A stretch of DNA of 64,000 nt, from positions 78,184,001 through 78,248,000 of the forward strand of contig NC_045696.1 in assembly GCF_009834535.1 (NCBI RefSeq), given 5' to 3'. Shown in pieces: positions 1-12,736 of the stretch (its first letter is position 1; every line of letters starts with the position of its first letter). The stretch is from Camelus ferus. Lineage: Eukaryota. The notes under the pieces are model-generated. The model was not told the origin of the DNA and did no database searches. It saw only the letters and a list, made by a program, of their open reading frames with translations. Made by a program: the position numbers and the translations under genes.

Positions 1-595
1 ATCTGTTGACCTTCTTAAGAGAATGTCTCAGGCAAAATCAGTGCTTCTACCTAGAAAGATCTGCTTAAATGTAAATAATTTGAGAACTACATTAAAATTA
101 AGCTACTTACTTTATGTGCATTTTTGTGATTAAATAAGTGCTCCATTTCAGACTTTGGAAGAAGAGTATGTATCTGCATAATGCCAGTAAATCATAATTT
201 AATTACATTTGGTGAAAAAAAATTTTTTTCAAAAAGGGAAAAATCAAACCAGCACTTTTGCACACAGAAAGCAAATAAGTAATTAATTGATTTTCCTACT
301 ATTATTTTGTCATCAACTAGTTACATAGAAAACACACACACACACAATGGAGGAAAATAGTAGCCAGATCTTTTTTCATTATTTGTCTATTATGTTCATG
401 TGACTGAAGCCATTTATTCTTCAAAATCTACGCCATCCTGTGTACTGTTAGTAATACATGTGTTATGCTCAACTCTGCAAAGTAAGGTAAGTAAAACTCT
501 GAGCTTCATTTCACCTCTATTTATCTGTATTTTTCTTCTGCCTTCTCTCTGCCTTCTCTCACTGCTAATTATTCTGGCTGGCCAGTTACTTATTA

Positions 596-614
596 GTCCC
601 ACCAGAGGGCAGAC
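596..614 (+). promoter_or_regulatory. Candidate CTCF site
   Basis: GTCCCACCAGAGGGCAGAC; core CCACCAGAGGGCAG fits the CTCF consensus CCASYAGRKGGCRS. Confidence 0.5.
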
Positions 615-1879
615 AGGGGAAAGCTCAGACTAAAATCTCAAATAAGCACAATACTGACATTTATTCATTTTTCTACCAATGGGAGGAGATATTTGATGCT
701 TCTTTCAGACCATTTTGCGTAGCTTCCCATAGTCATCCCACCTCTGGGTACACTAGAGACTCTCCTCATGATCTAATAATTATCTAGAATACATTTGAAT
801 GGAACTGAGTTTAGTTTGTGTAAAAAGATTATTTAAGAGTCAGACATACATCAGCCAAATTTAAAATTCAACACAGTTCATAATAAACCAATAGGGAGAC
901 TTCAACTGGTGAGATTTTTCACTATCCTGTGGGAAGCATGAATCATACTTATTACCAAATACAGTATGTGTCACATTTTCTACAATGAGAATTCTGACAA
1001 AGGTGAAAACAGAAAATTATGTTAATCCAATCCGTATGCTACAAAAACGTATAAAACAATTTCCACATCCACAGGAGTCAGTCAGTACTTGATTCTAGCT
1101 ATAGGTCTGAAATAATAAAAAGCTTTAACAGCAATTTTATTATATTCATTAAAAGACAGGATTCCTTTCAACTTCAAAATTCTTTGAAATAGTAGGGAGG
1201 ATTGTTCCAGAATATATTTTTTAAGAAATTTTAAATACTATAATTATAAGGAACAGTAAATCATTATTGCCAAAATAATTAATTTTGTGCAAAATTAATA
1301 GGAAGTACACATTTTTGCAATAGCATTAATAATTCAGGTGAAAAACTACTGAGGAGTTTCATGAGAGTAATATAAGATTTAATGCTTTGGTATCAGTAAG
1401 TTAGCAAAGAATGAACTACTTCAGTACTATGTCTAAACTGCTTTATCTTTGAGCCCAGATTTATAAAACAGGCTCAAGAAAGGTCAAAGCAAAGAAAAAA
1501 ATCATTTTCTTTCTGTTAGGTTTCATTCACTGTCAAACCCACAGAAACTTTAATTCTGAAAATAATCTGTTCAAAGTCCTTAACATCTAGATCTGCTGGT
1601 GGGTTTGTATTTGTTGAATGCCACCACTAAGTAGGTACACTGGGAGATAGAAATGTCTCGAAATCTAACTGAACATATATGAGCAACTTACTAAATTAAA
1701 AATCCAGGTAGCCAAAAGTATTAGCACATCAGTGGACACAGCTGATACTGCCTTACAGGAGGTGAACGGACACCGGTTTACAAGGGTCATTCCAACATGG
1801 TATATATCGGCTACAGAAATGTTGCCACCACCTAAATGAACAGGAAGGGGTGCAAGGCAACCACCTTGCCTATTGGCCA

Positions 1880-2326
1880 AGACTAGATCCTCCAGAATCC
1901 TTCTCTCTCCAAAGATGAATTCAAAGATTTAAAATTTAGTAAGTATGAAAAAATGCAGTAAGTTAAGGGAAGGAGAGCATGGTGACGAATAAAGAGAATT
2001 TTTTTGAAGGGGAAAAATTTATTTAAGGGAAAAAAAGATTTAATACCAGTAAATGAAGAATTTGAAACTATTGTATTGAAGACATACAAGATCTCTTTGA
2101 AATCTTGTAATTTTCTATGCGATCAGGCATCAGGCTGAGATTCAAAGAGTATTTCCGAAGATGAGTAAAAATTACAAAAAGCTGAAAAACACAACAGCAA
2201 AGCTAAAATCAGCATTGGAGGTATTCAACACCATAATTGGTCCCGAAGAAAATCTATTCAGGGATTTAGAAAGTAAATCTGAGGAGCTCTCTGAAAACAC
2301 AGAGGGAAAAAAAAAAAAAAAAAAAC
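1880..2326 (+). mobile_element. Old L1/HAL1 ORF1 (coiled-coil) fragment
   Basis: ORF 2161-2394 reads LKNTTAKLKSALEVFNTIIGPEENLFRDLESKSEELSEN, resembling the L1 ORF1p heptads (MKNTITELKNSLEGLNSR...EERISELED); A-rich strand. Confidence 0.6.
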
Positions 2327-3064
2327 AGTGGAACAAGCAGCATGGTCAGTTCTGTGTACAGTCTGGGTCTGTGTGTGCAGATTACATTTTCTAAGAATAA
2401 GCAGAGGAAAGAGTCAAATGTGCTAACAGTGACTCTCTCTGGACTGTGCAGTCATGAGAGTTTTGCTCTTATTCTTTACATTTTCTCAATATAGAGAGTT
2501 TTTATGCTAATGTGTGTTATTTCTATAATCGGACACACACAGGCTTGGCTTACATACATTTCTGGTATAACCATTAATGGATTGGCTTTGTCTACAGTAA
2601 CTAATCCCTGCTGTCTGCTGGGCAGTCTTAGATTGGAGTCTTTGTAAAGCTGCTACCTTTAAATTACAAGAATAAAGCTTAATTAATTGAAGTTCTGTTT
2701 TTCTCTTTCAACTCTGCAAACTTTAAAATTCCATGAAGCTAGTACTTAGAATGAATCCTAACTTGTAAAAGCATGCCGTGCTGGATGATTCTTGGTTTAC
2801 ATTATTCAAGAAAGACAGTGTTTTATAAGTCTTCTTTAATAACCCAAGAGGAAATGAAATAGAATGATTTGAAAAAAGAATCATCCCCAAGGTCTAATAT
2901 TTTTGTCATTCTTTTAAATTCTTTTCAGCTCTTTTAATGTTATTCTTTATGTATTTGCTTAGTTTCTCCTGATGAAAATTTAGGAAAATTTCCTTTAAGT
3001 CAATTTTTCAAAAAGACAGAAAAAGAATAAAATTGTTTCTACAATAATGCATATTACTCATAGC

Positions 3065-3220
3065 AAGCTAGAATGGTGTGGTGGTGGGAACAACAGCTTT
3101 GAGGTTAAATAAAATTAAATCAAATCTCCATTCCATTCCTTACTAAGTGTAGGAATGAGCAAAAAGATAATTATTCTGAGAGCAGCTTCCGTATCATTAA
3201 AGGAAAAAAACAAACCTAAC
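3065..3220 (+). mobile_element. MIR SINE (degenerate)
   Basis: MIR-like 5' part (gaatggtgtggtgg...cagctttgag...ccttactaagtgt) and degenerate core. Confidence 0.5.
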
Positions 3221-3729
3221 AGCTAATACATTTATTCCCCAAATCCCATGCCAGACACTATTCTATTTACAGGTACTTCGGGATTTAACAAATTATTTTC
3301 TATAAAATCTATTTGCCAGTTTTTCAAGTGCCTCCCTTATTCAATACTAGCTTCTCTACAAAAGGACTTAGAATGAATGCTAGATTATTATTTTCTCTTC
3401 CTTTTTTCTATTATTAACAATTAAATTACTGGAACGTTTAATTTATAAATTTAAATTAATATTTAATTTATATTGAGATGCCAAATAAAATCCTGAGGTT
3501 TCCATCAATTGTTTATGACTGGCACAATGTAGAGTTAGCAATTCTGCAACTAGATTATTTTCAGAAACGGCAAAAAGGATAGCCTAGCTGAAACATTTTC
3601 AGTGCAAAGAACTGATATTTAGAATCAAAGAGAATAAGCACTGCTGTTGCCTAGTATACATTACTGCAATGTATCTTTGCATGAGTTAACAAAGGGGAGT
3701 ATTTACGTGCGCTAAGACAGGGAGGGCAT

Positions 3730-3950
3730 TTATGGACACTTCATTAGGCAGCACATATGAGAGCAAGCAAGCGCGTATGTGCACATGTGTATAATTATTC
3801 AGTTCTTGCAATGACCCTTCAATGTGTTACACTTTAATGGGAAGAAACTGAGGCAGGAAACTTGCCCCAAATCACACACTACGTAGGGGTAGTGTCCACT
3901 GTCACACTCTTGCAGGCAGATCTTCCAGGCTCCAAGGCCTCTACTGTTTC
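3730..3950 (-). mobile_element. MIR SINE
   Basis: Core gaagaaactgaggcaggaaacttgccccaaatcacac. Confidence 0.7.
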
Positions 3951-4349
3951 CTCTAGAAAGAACCAAATTATTCATCTTAAAAATATTTTAAAACGAAGCC
4001 TTTCAATACATTCATGATCACGCATTACAAAAAGTTAAAATGTGATATAAACTACAAAAACATTCTATAGCACAGATGAAAAGATATACTAGGGACAGGT
4101 ATTCATCTCTCTCTCCAAAAAGAACGTGACAAGTTGGAATACCTTTCAAAGACCCCAAAATCATGTGTGAATCAAGTATTAACAGGAGATTTGTCATCCT
4201 CAGAGAATGAAGTGAAGACCTATCTACAGAACCAATGTGCCTCTATAAAATACTGAATAAGAAAGGCTGCACATGTTACCTGACACAGGCTGTGGTTCAG
4301 GGAATCTAGGAGAAGGTATTTAAACTATATTTTGCAGAAAGAATTGAAG

Positions 4350-4575
4350 CTATAGAACACAGTGGAAAAGGCCATCGGCTTTGGATGCCAACTCCTGGGT
4401 TTAAATCCAGGTTCTGCTTCTTAGAGAAAGCCTCAAGCAAATGACTCCATAACTCTGTGCCTCAGTTTCCCATTTTTAAAATGAGTAAAATAACAGCACA
4501 ATTTCACAGGGTTGTTAAGAGGATTAAGAATAAAATATATAGTAATGTAAGTAGCAAGATCTCAGTATATATTCA
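4350..4575 (+). mobile_element. MIR SINE
   Basis: cctgggtttaaatccaggttctgc...ctctgtgcctcagtttcccatttttaaaatgag...cacagggttgttaagaggattaa. Confidence 0.85.
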
Positions 4576-6189
4576 AAGTGTACTCTCTCTATATATAAGC
4601 AAATTCATAATATTTTAAAATTAAAACATGACTTATTCAAAGTTATACATCATCATAAATGACATGTTAATCTATAGCATTTTAGACTTAACAGTGGCAA
4701 CTGGAACTTTGCTTAATACACTTCATAAAATTTCTCAAACTGAGATGCACAAATGGGGAAGGATTAAATTTATTCAGAGAGGGCAAGAACAGTATAGGCT
4801 AAATACATTGCTAAAGATACAAAACATTGATTTTTCAAACATATACTTCATATGTGTCATGCCTTGTGCTGGCCACCAGTGAAGGGGTGGGTGGTGTCTG
4901 CAAATAGACAAGACTTTAGGAACTCATCAAACCAATACTGAAGACAAGAATGCAAACAGCCATGATGTTTTTCACTGATACCATACTGTTAAGTCTTCAG
5001 AGAACATAGCAATATATGAAATGTTCTCTGGGATGTGGAAGGTTCTCCTGACCTGCTAAATTATGTTCTCATCTGCTTCTGTCAGTGCCTAAAATACCTT
5101 AATCCTTTGAATAAAAAGGGGAAGTCCCTTGCAATACAATAAACACTCTCCGGAAGCAGAATACATTATCATTAAATGCTTGGCTCAAAGTTAGCTCATT
5201 TAGTCACTAGCTTAGACTCTGAGAATCTAGGGAGGAAAAACAGAGTGCCTATTACTAACATTCTGGTGTCCGATCAACCTTTGTCAGCACATTGGTTACC
5301 CAACGTGAGCACCTGCTATCTCTAAGCACCACAGAAGACTCAACTGTACTTTCTTATGAAATGTATAGATTTCTCCATTGTGATCAATGTGTAATATTTC
5401 TTTGAAGAGTTCATGTTGGAAATCCCAACCAAGCTTTGTTATGCCACTGTTACTTTTAGTCTATGGAGTCATCTGGACTTCCTCACCCTCTCTCAGACAA
5501 TTCCTTCTTCACATTCTTCTCTATGATCAAGTAGACTATGTACCCAACACTTGAAATCATCCCTTGCCTATATTCTCGGTTGCTTCTCTGCCTCACCTGC
5601 TTAATAGGACCCCTGTCCCCAGACTGTAGCAGTGGTCCACCTAATATATCTGAATCTGGCCTGTTGAGATGTGCTGAAAAAAATTCTCCAGGTTGATATC
5701 GCCAAATTTTGTTGCATGGGTTTTCCAGAAGCAAAGAAAATCAAGATGTTTCTTAGAGAGGTGGTTCTCTGCAGCTGGAGCAGACTGACAGAAGGGAAAA
5801 CTGGTGGCCAAGTGCTGAGCACATGCCCTAAAGCTGGGTAGTGATCCTCCCTTGACCAGGAATCTGGCTAAGTACACCTCCCTATCCACCAGACCTCATG
5901 TTTGCAGACTCTAATTTCAACTGTATCCTCAGTGATAACTTGAAATCCTTTTATGACCCCACAGTTGATTCAAACCTCACCTCAGCTATTGAGGAAAATT
6001 CTCCACTTTGCATAAACCTACCTACCCTGTGATCCCATCCCAACTTCTGGCTCATCCTCAGCAAATGACTGACTGCAAAGAGAAAATCTAAGACATCAGA
6101 CAGGAACTTGCTCACCTTGTGCCTCCACACCTCTATCCACACACACTTACCTGCTCCCACACCCTCCTCTGTTTTCTTCTGTTAAAACA

Positions 6190-6650
6190 TATCAATAGCT
6201 GCTCATTAACTTTCACACAAAGGCCAAACTTCCTCCCATGGCTGACATCCTCCCTTTGTGGCCAGTCCCCACCTAACTCTCCAGCCTCCCATACCTCACT
6301 CCCTTCTCTATGCACACGCTGTAGCCAGGCTTTTGCTTTAATTCCCAGAAGTTACTGTGCATTTCCCTTGGGCATGTATTTTTCTCTCCACGCTACTGCT
6401 TCATTAATTCCCAAATGTTTTTGGGCCTCAAGCTAACCCAGACCCCTCAAGATGGTGTTAGGGTACCCCTTCTATCTGCACCTACAATTCTCTGCCATGC
6501 ACTTATAATGGTGTGAAGGAGTTGCCCTTTGCATCATTGCTGCTGTTCCCAGCAGACTATCAACTCTCTGAGGACAGGGCAGGATCTTATGCATTGTTCA
6601 TCCTCCAATCTCACAGGAACACCAGACAATTAATAGACACTCAACAGTTA
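6190..6650 (+). mobile_element. L2 LINE 3' fragment
   Basis: Pyrimidine-rich body ending agactatcaactctctgaggacagggc...atagacactcaaca. Confidence 0.6.
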
Positions 6651-6679
6651 CTGTTACAACTTGTAACTGATACTGAGGG

Positions 6680-6850
6680 CCAGAACTGAGTTAGGCTCCT
6701 AGAATGCAGGTCTTACTTCACCTTCATGAGGATCCCACGAGTTACAATTACCACTCAGAAACTAGACACTCAGGGCTTCAGACATTTGCCCAAAATCCTA
6801 ATGTAAGTAAGAGAGTAAGATTCGAACCTCAGTTTGCCTGACTGATTTAA
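6680..6850 (-). mobile_element. MIR SINE (degenerate)
   Basis: gaaactagacactcaggg...atttgcccaaaatc...gattcgaacctcagtttgcctgact. Confidence 0.55.
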
Positions 6851-6859
6851 ATCCCTTTG

Positions 6860-7015
6860 TTTATCCGTATCATCTCCTCTATTAGACTGTCAACTCCTAG
6901 GGGACAGGCTCCTGTCCAATCTATTCATGTCATTTAACTTATTCATTTGTTTATTCATTACCACACTGTGCCTTCCCACCCAATTAGACCTCAATAAATA
7001 TTAGTTGAATGAATG
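6860..7015 (+). mobile_element. L2 3' end
   Basis: attagactgtcaactcctaggggacagg...ctcaataaatattagttgaatgaatg, the typical L2 terminus. Confidence 0.75.
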
Positions 7016-7119
7016 GTAAATTTCCACCATTTCTGTAATTGTTATCTCTTTATTAGGTTTTTATTTTGCTTTTGACCCAACTAAAATGGTGCAGAAATAA
7101 TCTGAAATGCATAATTAAA

Positions 7120-7440
7120 CATTTTTTTTTACTGTGAAGAAATGAGAGCGAAAGACTAATGTAATCTTCAAACATGAGAACAGATATAATTTGGTGATAA
7201 GCGTATACTCTGTTTCAAATGAAGATAGAGTTAGTAGCAATGACTTTCAATTACAGAAAGGATGAGTTAGGGTAGAAAAACTCTCTGAATATGAAAAATA
7301 AAATGTAAGAAGATGATGCCAAGGGAAGATACAAGACTCACCATCTACATAGCATTTGCAAATAGTGTAGATAGAAAAACTCTATTAGAACAGCAGAGAC
7401 ACAGGAATCACCTCTTCTTAGGCTTATGATTATATATCCC
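7120..7440 (+). mobile_element. CR1/L3 LINE 3' fragment
   Basis: Degenerate match to the CR1 ORF2 C-terminus (VFKY...RTRSNGLKL...PREVVESPSLEVFK.RLD), e.g. gtaatcttcaaacat, agttagtagcaatgactttcaattacag, ccaagggaagatacaagactcaccatc. Confidence 0.55.
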
Positions 7441-8054
7441 CATCCTCCCTATCTGATAAAGACTTTTATATTCCTAAGATCAAGTTGTATTATATTTAAA
7501 GAGGGGAAAAAGAACCTATCTGCAACACCAAATTACTCAGTAGAAAGGAACGTAAACTTTTCTCACTCACTTTTTCAGGTATTATACAAATATCCAATCC
7601 ACATTTTGTTTTATGATTATCAGAACAAGGATACATTTTAAACAGAAGCAGTAATCATCAAGGAAATGAATAAATCTGAGGGTAAATCTATCTTCTTCCT
7701 AAATATGATAGTTTATATCATCCAAATATTTAATCAAAGTATTTGCTTGGAAAATCTAATTTCCACAAAGAGACTTCAGACAACATATCCTTCATTCTTA
7801 GAGGGTAAAATTTGTATTTGCTTTTAATATCTCATTGGATAGAAAAATTCAGAGAGAGAAAAATATTCTAGTTCTTACAAGAATGTACACTTAAAATACT
7901 TAATTTATATGATCTTTGAAAAAATATTTATAACAAAGGGAAACAAATAAAACCCCCATTATTTCTTTATGGAAAAAAGCCAAAAATCTTATCTAGATCC
8001 CATATATAATTTACCTATTTATGCACCACAGCTCTGAAAGCAAACTTCCAAAAA

Positions 8055-8392
8055 CCACACATGTTCATAATTATTTATCAGTATTTCCAAAATCCAAAAT
8101 GCTCTGAAAACCAAAATCATTTCTGTAACTTTGCAGCACATTCATTTAGTGACAAAAAACTCATCTCTACTGTCATTAGGCCACTTAGAATCTTTTATCT
8201 CACAGCAAGAGTTAAACGTTTGGTGGCAAAAATATTAATATGTTTTACTGCCTGTGCTACCCACAACTCTACTAGGGTGTTGTGTACTTATTACTATAAC
8301 TGTAAATCTGAGAAGAATCTAAAAATCTCAAAACGTTTGGATTCAAAGCATTCCTGGCCCCAAAGGTTTCAGACAAGAAACTGTATGTCTTT
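8055..8392. mobile_element. TcMar-Tigger non-autonomous element (MER46C-like)
   Basis: aatccaaaatgctctgaaaaccaaaa at the left end and cattcctggccccaaaggtttcagacaagaaactgt at the right end. Confidence 0.65.
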
Positions 8393-8559
8393 ATCTCTGG
8401 GTGACTGTCCATCACCCATGTTAGTGTTTCTGAGCATCAACTGATTCAGTGTTTGTACTTCTTAATCACCATGTATCTATCCATGAGCAGATACTTGGAG
8501 AAAAAGGAAAAATATTTTCTAATTGGGCAAAATTAGTGAAGTGGTAAAATACTCTTTTG

Positions 8560-9060
8560 GAAAGATGATATTTGATATCACTTTTTATTAAGAAATTAAA
8601 TAATTGGATCAAGCTTTTATCATGTTAATCCCACTTGTGGGACTCCAAAGACACAATTCTATATGTGAAATGTATTTTATGCACAAGGTTTTTTATAGAA
8701 GTATTATTTGTAAGGTTGGAAAAATGGATATAATTTGTACATACAATAATAAGGGTTAAATAAATTACGGCATATCACGTTATAGTATATTATGCAATCA
8801 TTATGAATAACAATTACCAAGAATAAGTCAAAACATAATTAGGATGAATGTATTATGAAAATCTAATGATATAAAGTTAGGTTAAATAAACTGAGTAAAA
8901 TAATATATTAAATAGATGCAACTGTTTTCCTTGAAGTACGCAAGCTTGTACAAAGGAAACATTGATATGCAAATTGTGGTGAGACTAACAAATATATATT
9001 TTCTATACTTAAGTATTCTCAATTTTTCATAATAGGAAAATATTACTGTGTAATGAGAAA
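8560..9060 (+). mobile_element. Old L1 (L1ME-like) 3' fragment
   Basis: aatcccacttgtggga...atgcacaagg...gtattatttgtaa...ggttaaataaattacggcatatc...tattatgcaatcatta. Confidence 0.6.
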
Positions 9061-9250
9061 TATGTGTCTTTAACATGAAAGAAAGAAACAAGCTTAAGAC
9101 TACTAAATTCGATCTTTAGTATTTTTATCATCTTACAAGGTTTAATTTTGGTGAATTCTATAGTTCCCAGAGCAAAAACTTAACTAGTGCTTTAGGGAGA
9201 GAAATCCATTACATGAACAGTTATCTTTTCCCATTAATGATGTAATTTGC

Positions 9251-9383
9251 TTTTTTAATTTTTCAAAAATTTGGGGGGGAGGTAATTAGGTTTATTTATT
9301 TATTTTAATGGAAGTACTGAGGATTGAAGCTAGGACCTCATGCATGCTAAGCACGTGCTCTACCACTGAGCTATAACCTCCCT
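9251..9383 (-). mobile_element. Camelid tRNA-derived SINE (Vic-1-like)
   Basis: Reverse complement gggaggttatagctcagtggtagagcacgtgcttagcatgcatgaggtcctagcttcaatcctcagtacttccattaaaataaata...cctaattacctcccc; Pol III A/B boxes and A-rich tail. Confidence 0.85.
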
Positions 9384-12300
9384 CTAATAAACTTCTTTAA
9401 AAAAAAAAAAAAACTACTAGCTTTCCTGGAGTTATTTTTAAATCCAAAGCCTTATGTAATGAATCATTTCAAACAAACATCATAATTTTTATTGACTTAT
9501 GCAAACACAAGGTCACTATGAACTCTTAACTACCAAAGCTGGTAGTCACACCAGACACTTCAGAAAGTACAAATCTGCTAAATAGTGTTGCCCTACATCA
9601 ATCAAGCCTTTAATTGGTAGCGAATTTTAAAGTATGAGGTCATTTTTGCAGAACAGCCTCTTTATTGTGAGAATCCGATTTAGCATCTCCAGATCGGAAA
9701 AAAAAAAAAAAAGCTGGATTAACAACTTTCTCTTCAGGCAATGCTGATAAAAAATGTGCATCACAAAGTCTGCAATAATAAATGAATGGCTCAAAGAAGA
9801 GCAAACAGATACAAAGGGGAAGTTGTCTCTCACTCTCTCACCAGCCTGCCTGGCTCTACAGTCCCTTATCAGTCCTTTCATCTACACCCAGGACCACTCC
9901 CTGGCTGTCTGCAGCCTCAGTGCCACCCTACCTGTGTCCTTTTGTGGGGAAGTTTAAAGGACTGGGGTGGTTAACCTTTATCCGTCTTGTGAGGGCTGCT
10001 CAATGCCAGTGTAAGCTGACACACTCACCCACCACATCCACGCAAGGCTAATAGCTGCCTCAGAGTAGCCTGCCTCCCTTAGGTCGGCTCAAACTCCCAG
10101 CCTCACACCCTGATGTCTACACTGCCTCAGCTTTTTGTTTGGTTTTTTTTCAGCCTCCCTTTTCTCTTGAACTAAAACAGCCTTATTTAAGCCCCTTCAG
10201 CATCCAGGAGCTCTGGCCCCTCAGACTGTCTCCCCCTCACCTTATCTTCCCTCTGCTCACTCCAAGGAGTTGGTTCGCACTGGTTACCAACCTAGAAGAT
10301 GTGCTTTGCGGAGACTGGTTTTTGCTCAGTCCTCTCATTCCTTCTCCCCACAACGCTTGAACGTTGGGTCTGCAAGTAGTTTTCAGCATCTGCTAGAATG
10401 AGCTTCTCAGACCTTCCTCCTTCTTCACATTTTTCCCCAGGATTGAATTTCTGTCTGCTTCCTAAAATTGTGTTCTCAGACCAACTGCCAAACTTCTCTG
10501 GTATTCATTATAGAAACTTCTCCTTATTTTCTTGACCCCAAATTTCTTATGAAGACATACACCTTCCCCTGGTATTAGCTCTATCCTCCAGTTACTGTTC
10601 ATAGGACCTTCCCAGAGTTATCCGCTCTAAGAGATTAACATCTCCAGGTTCCAGACTTTATCGCTATGGGCCTCTTGTTCCCAGCTGAATTTGCTATCTG
10701 TATCTTTCTTTTTTACTGATGTTTTCACCAGCAATTTTTAATCACTTTATTTAGCTAAAATGGTGACCATTTATTAAAAGTTATCATGTGCCTGAAAAAC
10801 TCCAACTATAAGGCTCGTAGTTTTGGTTATTTACTTGTGCTTACTGTACAAATCTGCGTTTATGTGTGCTGGTGTGCATATCTTTTTTTGAGAGGAGCCT
10901 AGGGATATTACCAAGGAAATTCAAGAATTTTCCCACTACTGTAAAAAGAAATATACTCCCTCATTCATCTTCCCAGCACAATGAATTATCAATTTTCTTG
11001 GCAAGTAAGTTAAATGATTTTGAAACAAATCTCTCACAGGTAATGATGATACTCTATTAGAATTTTTCTCATTAACTGAGAATTAACTCATTCCTCCCAA
11101 TGGGGAACACAGCTTTCTAGAACATTTATGGAGATTGTAATCACAGGAGTTTAAACTGCTAAGGATACTACTTGTTGAAGAAAAGTGATTATTGGTATTA
11201 GTAATAGGACAGGAGCCATTCATATGGTAAATAAAGAGCTACAGACAACATAAGGAAATAATTCTATCCCAATTATGTGAAAAGAAAACAAAAAGGGCAA
11301 AACAATCATCGGTTAATGCAGAATATCATCTTCTTACTCTATGAGGTTGTCTCAGGGCTTGAACTATATGTTCAAGCCTATATAATCATTACTTTTGTTA
11401 AACTGATATCTGCTTTATTGTTCTGATGAAATTTTATATGCATTTTTGGCCAGTTATCTTGGAATCAGTCTAGCAGGGAAAATTAAAGTATAGATTAGAA
11501 TAGAGATATGGGTCAGTGACAAAAGGCATATTTAAAGATTTATTGAGTTCAGTTTCTCTGTCTTCTGAAGGCCAATTCTGACTAGAATTTCTTAGGGTAA
11601 GCCATCTTTAGGAATTGGCACTTAGTTAAATTGCCTTTTTCTGTATAGATGATGTTGAATTTAAATAATATTCCAAAAAACCAGGAATATGGCTATAGGC
11701 CCAGACCAAGAGGGTAGACAGAAAGTCATGGTCTCACTTTGGGTGGAGGTGGTGAGGTGTTTAAGAGCAGTGATGTGTACTATGAAATTTAAGTTATTCC
11801 TTACCCAGTATTTCAGTACTGTACTTTATCTCCCATATTTAACACTCCACCCCATCCAAAGTCTTCAGGACAACTTATTAATTCTTGAAATGGACAGTGC
11901 ATTTGTACTCCACTATACTTTTGACTCAACCCATCTTCTAATGTTAATTGGGGAAAATGATATGTAGGTGTCAGGGTTGTTTGAGTATTAAAAATAACAT
12001 ATGCAAAATACCAAATACATAGGATCAACGCATGACAGCTCTCATACATTTCTGACCTATAAAACAGTCACGAAAGAGAACCAAAAAGCAGCTGGGATGT
12101 CAACGGCACTCAAAGTGAGCTAAATGCATGGCTTAGGTAGACTAGTGTCATCACTTCCAGGAGAAGCCATGGAAATGCGTGTGCAAATAACTCAGCAGTT
12201 GGGAGGGAAAAAGTGGCAAGTACAGGTTAAACTCTGGCTACAAGTAACCCTGAAGCTATTTGTCTAAACTAATTCTCCAAGGAGTCCTAGTTTCTTTATG

Positions 12301-12704
12301 CATGTGTCAAATAACACTTGGGCATATATTACAAGTTATGAGGAAAAAGAAACCAAATCAAGACAGAGGTAAACTGCAATTGTAGACAAACCATGCACAC
12401 ATACCCAAGACACATTCACTGCCAACATGTGTGTGCACACAGCCAAACTTCACTGCACAGAACTCTCCGGAAACACCCAGAAGGCCACTAGCCAGATGCC
12501 AGATAGGTCATCAACTGAGGAATTAACAACTTGCATTATGTGCCTAAAGGTGATGTCAACTAGTTGTTTGATCCTAAGCAAATTATTTAATCTGCCCCTG
12601 ACCTTTGGTTCTATCCTCTGAAAGTAAAACACTGGATTTTATGACATTTAAGGTCATTTCTGGTTCTAACACATTCTATGAACCTATAGAAATGATAAAG
12701 AATC

Positions 12705-12736
12705 GAAAAGTGAAAAGAATGAAAAGTGAAAAGAAT
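12705..12736. repeat. 16-bp tandem duplication (GAAAAGTGAAAAGAAT)x2
   Basis: Directly visible perfect direct repeat. Confidence 0.85.

Noticed and set aside
1278..1299. 10-bp inverted repeat ATTAATTTTG-tg-CAAAATTAAT (MADE1-like?)
   Set aside because: AT-rich and does not extend to a convincing MITE.
7343..7373. Imperfect hairpin around ATTTGCAAAT
   Set aside because: Lies in a CR1/L3 relic, is short, and needs indels to pair.
9790..10520. GC-richer, pyrimidine-rich block with overlapping ORFs (similar blocks at 18960-19560 and 36410-36730)
   Set aside because: Probably old LTR-type relics, but I could not assign a family or any coding homology by eye, so they are left uncalled.
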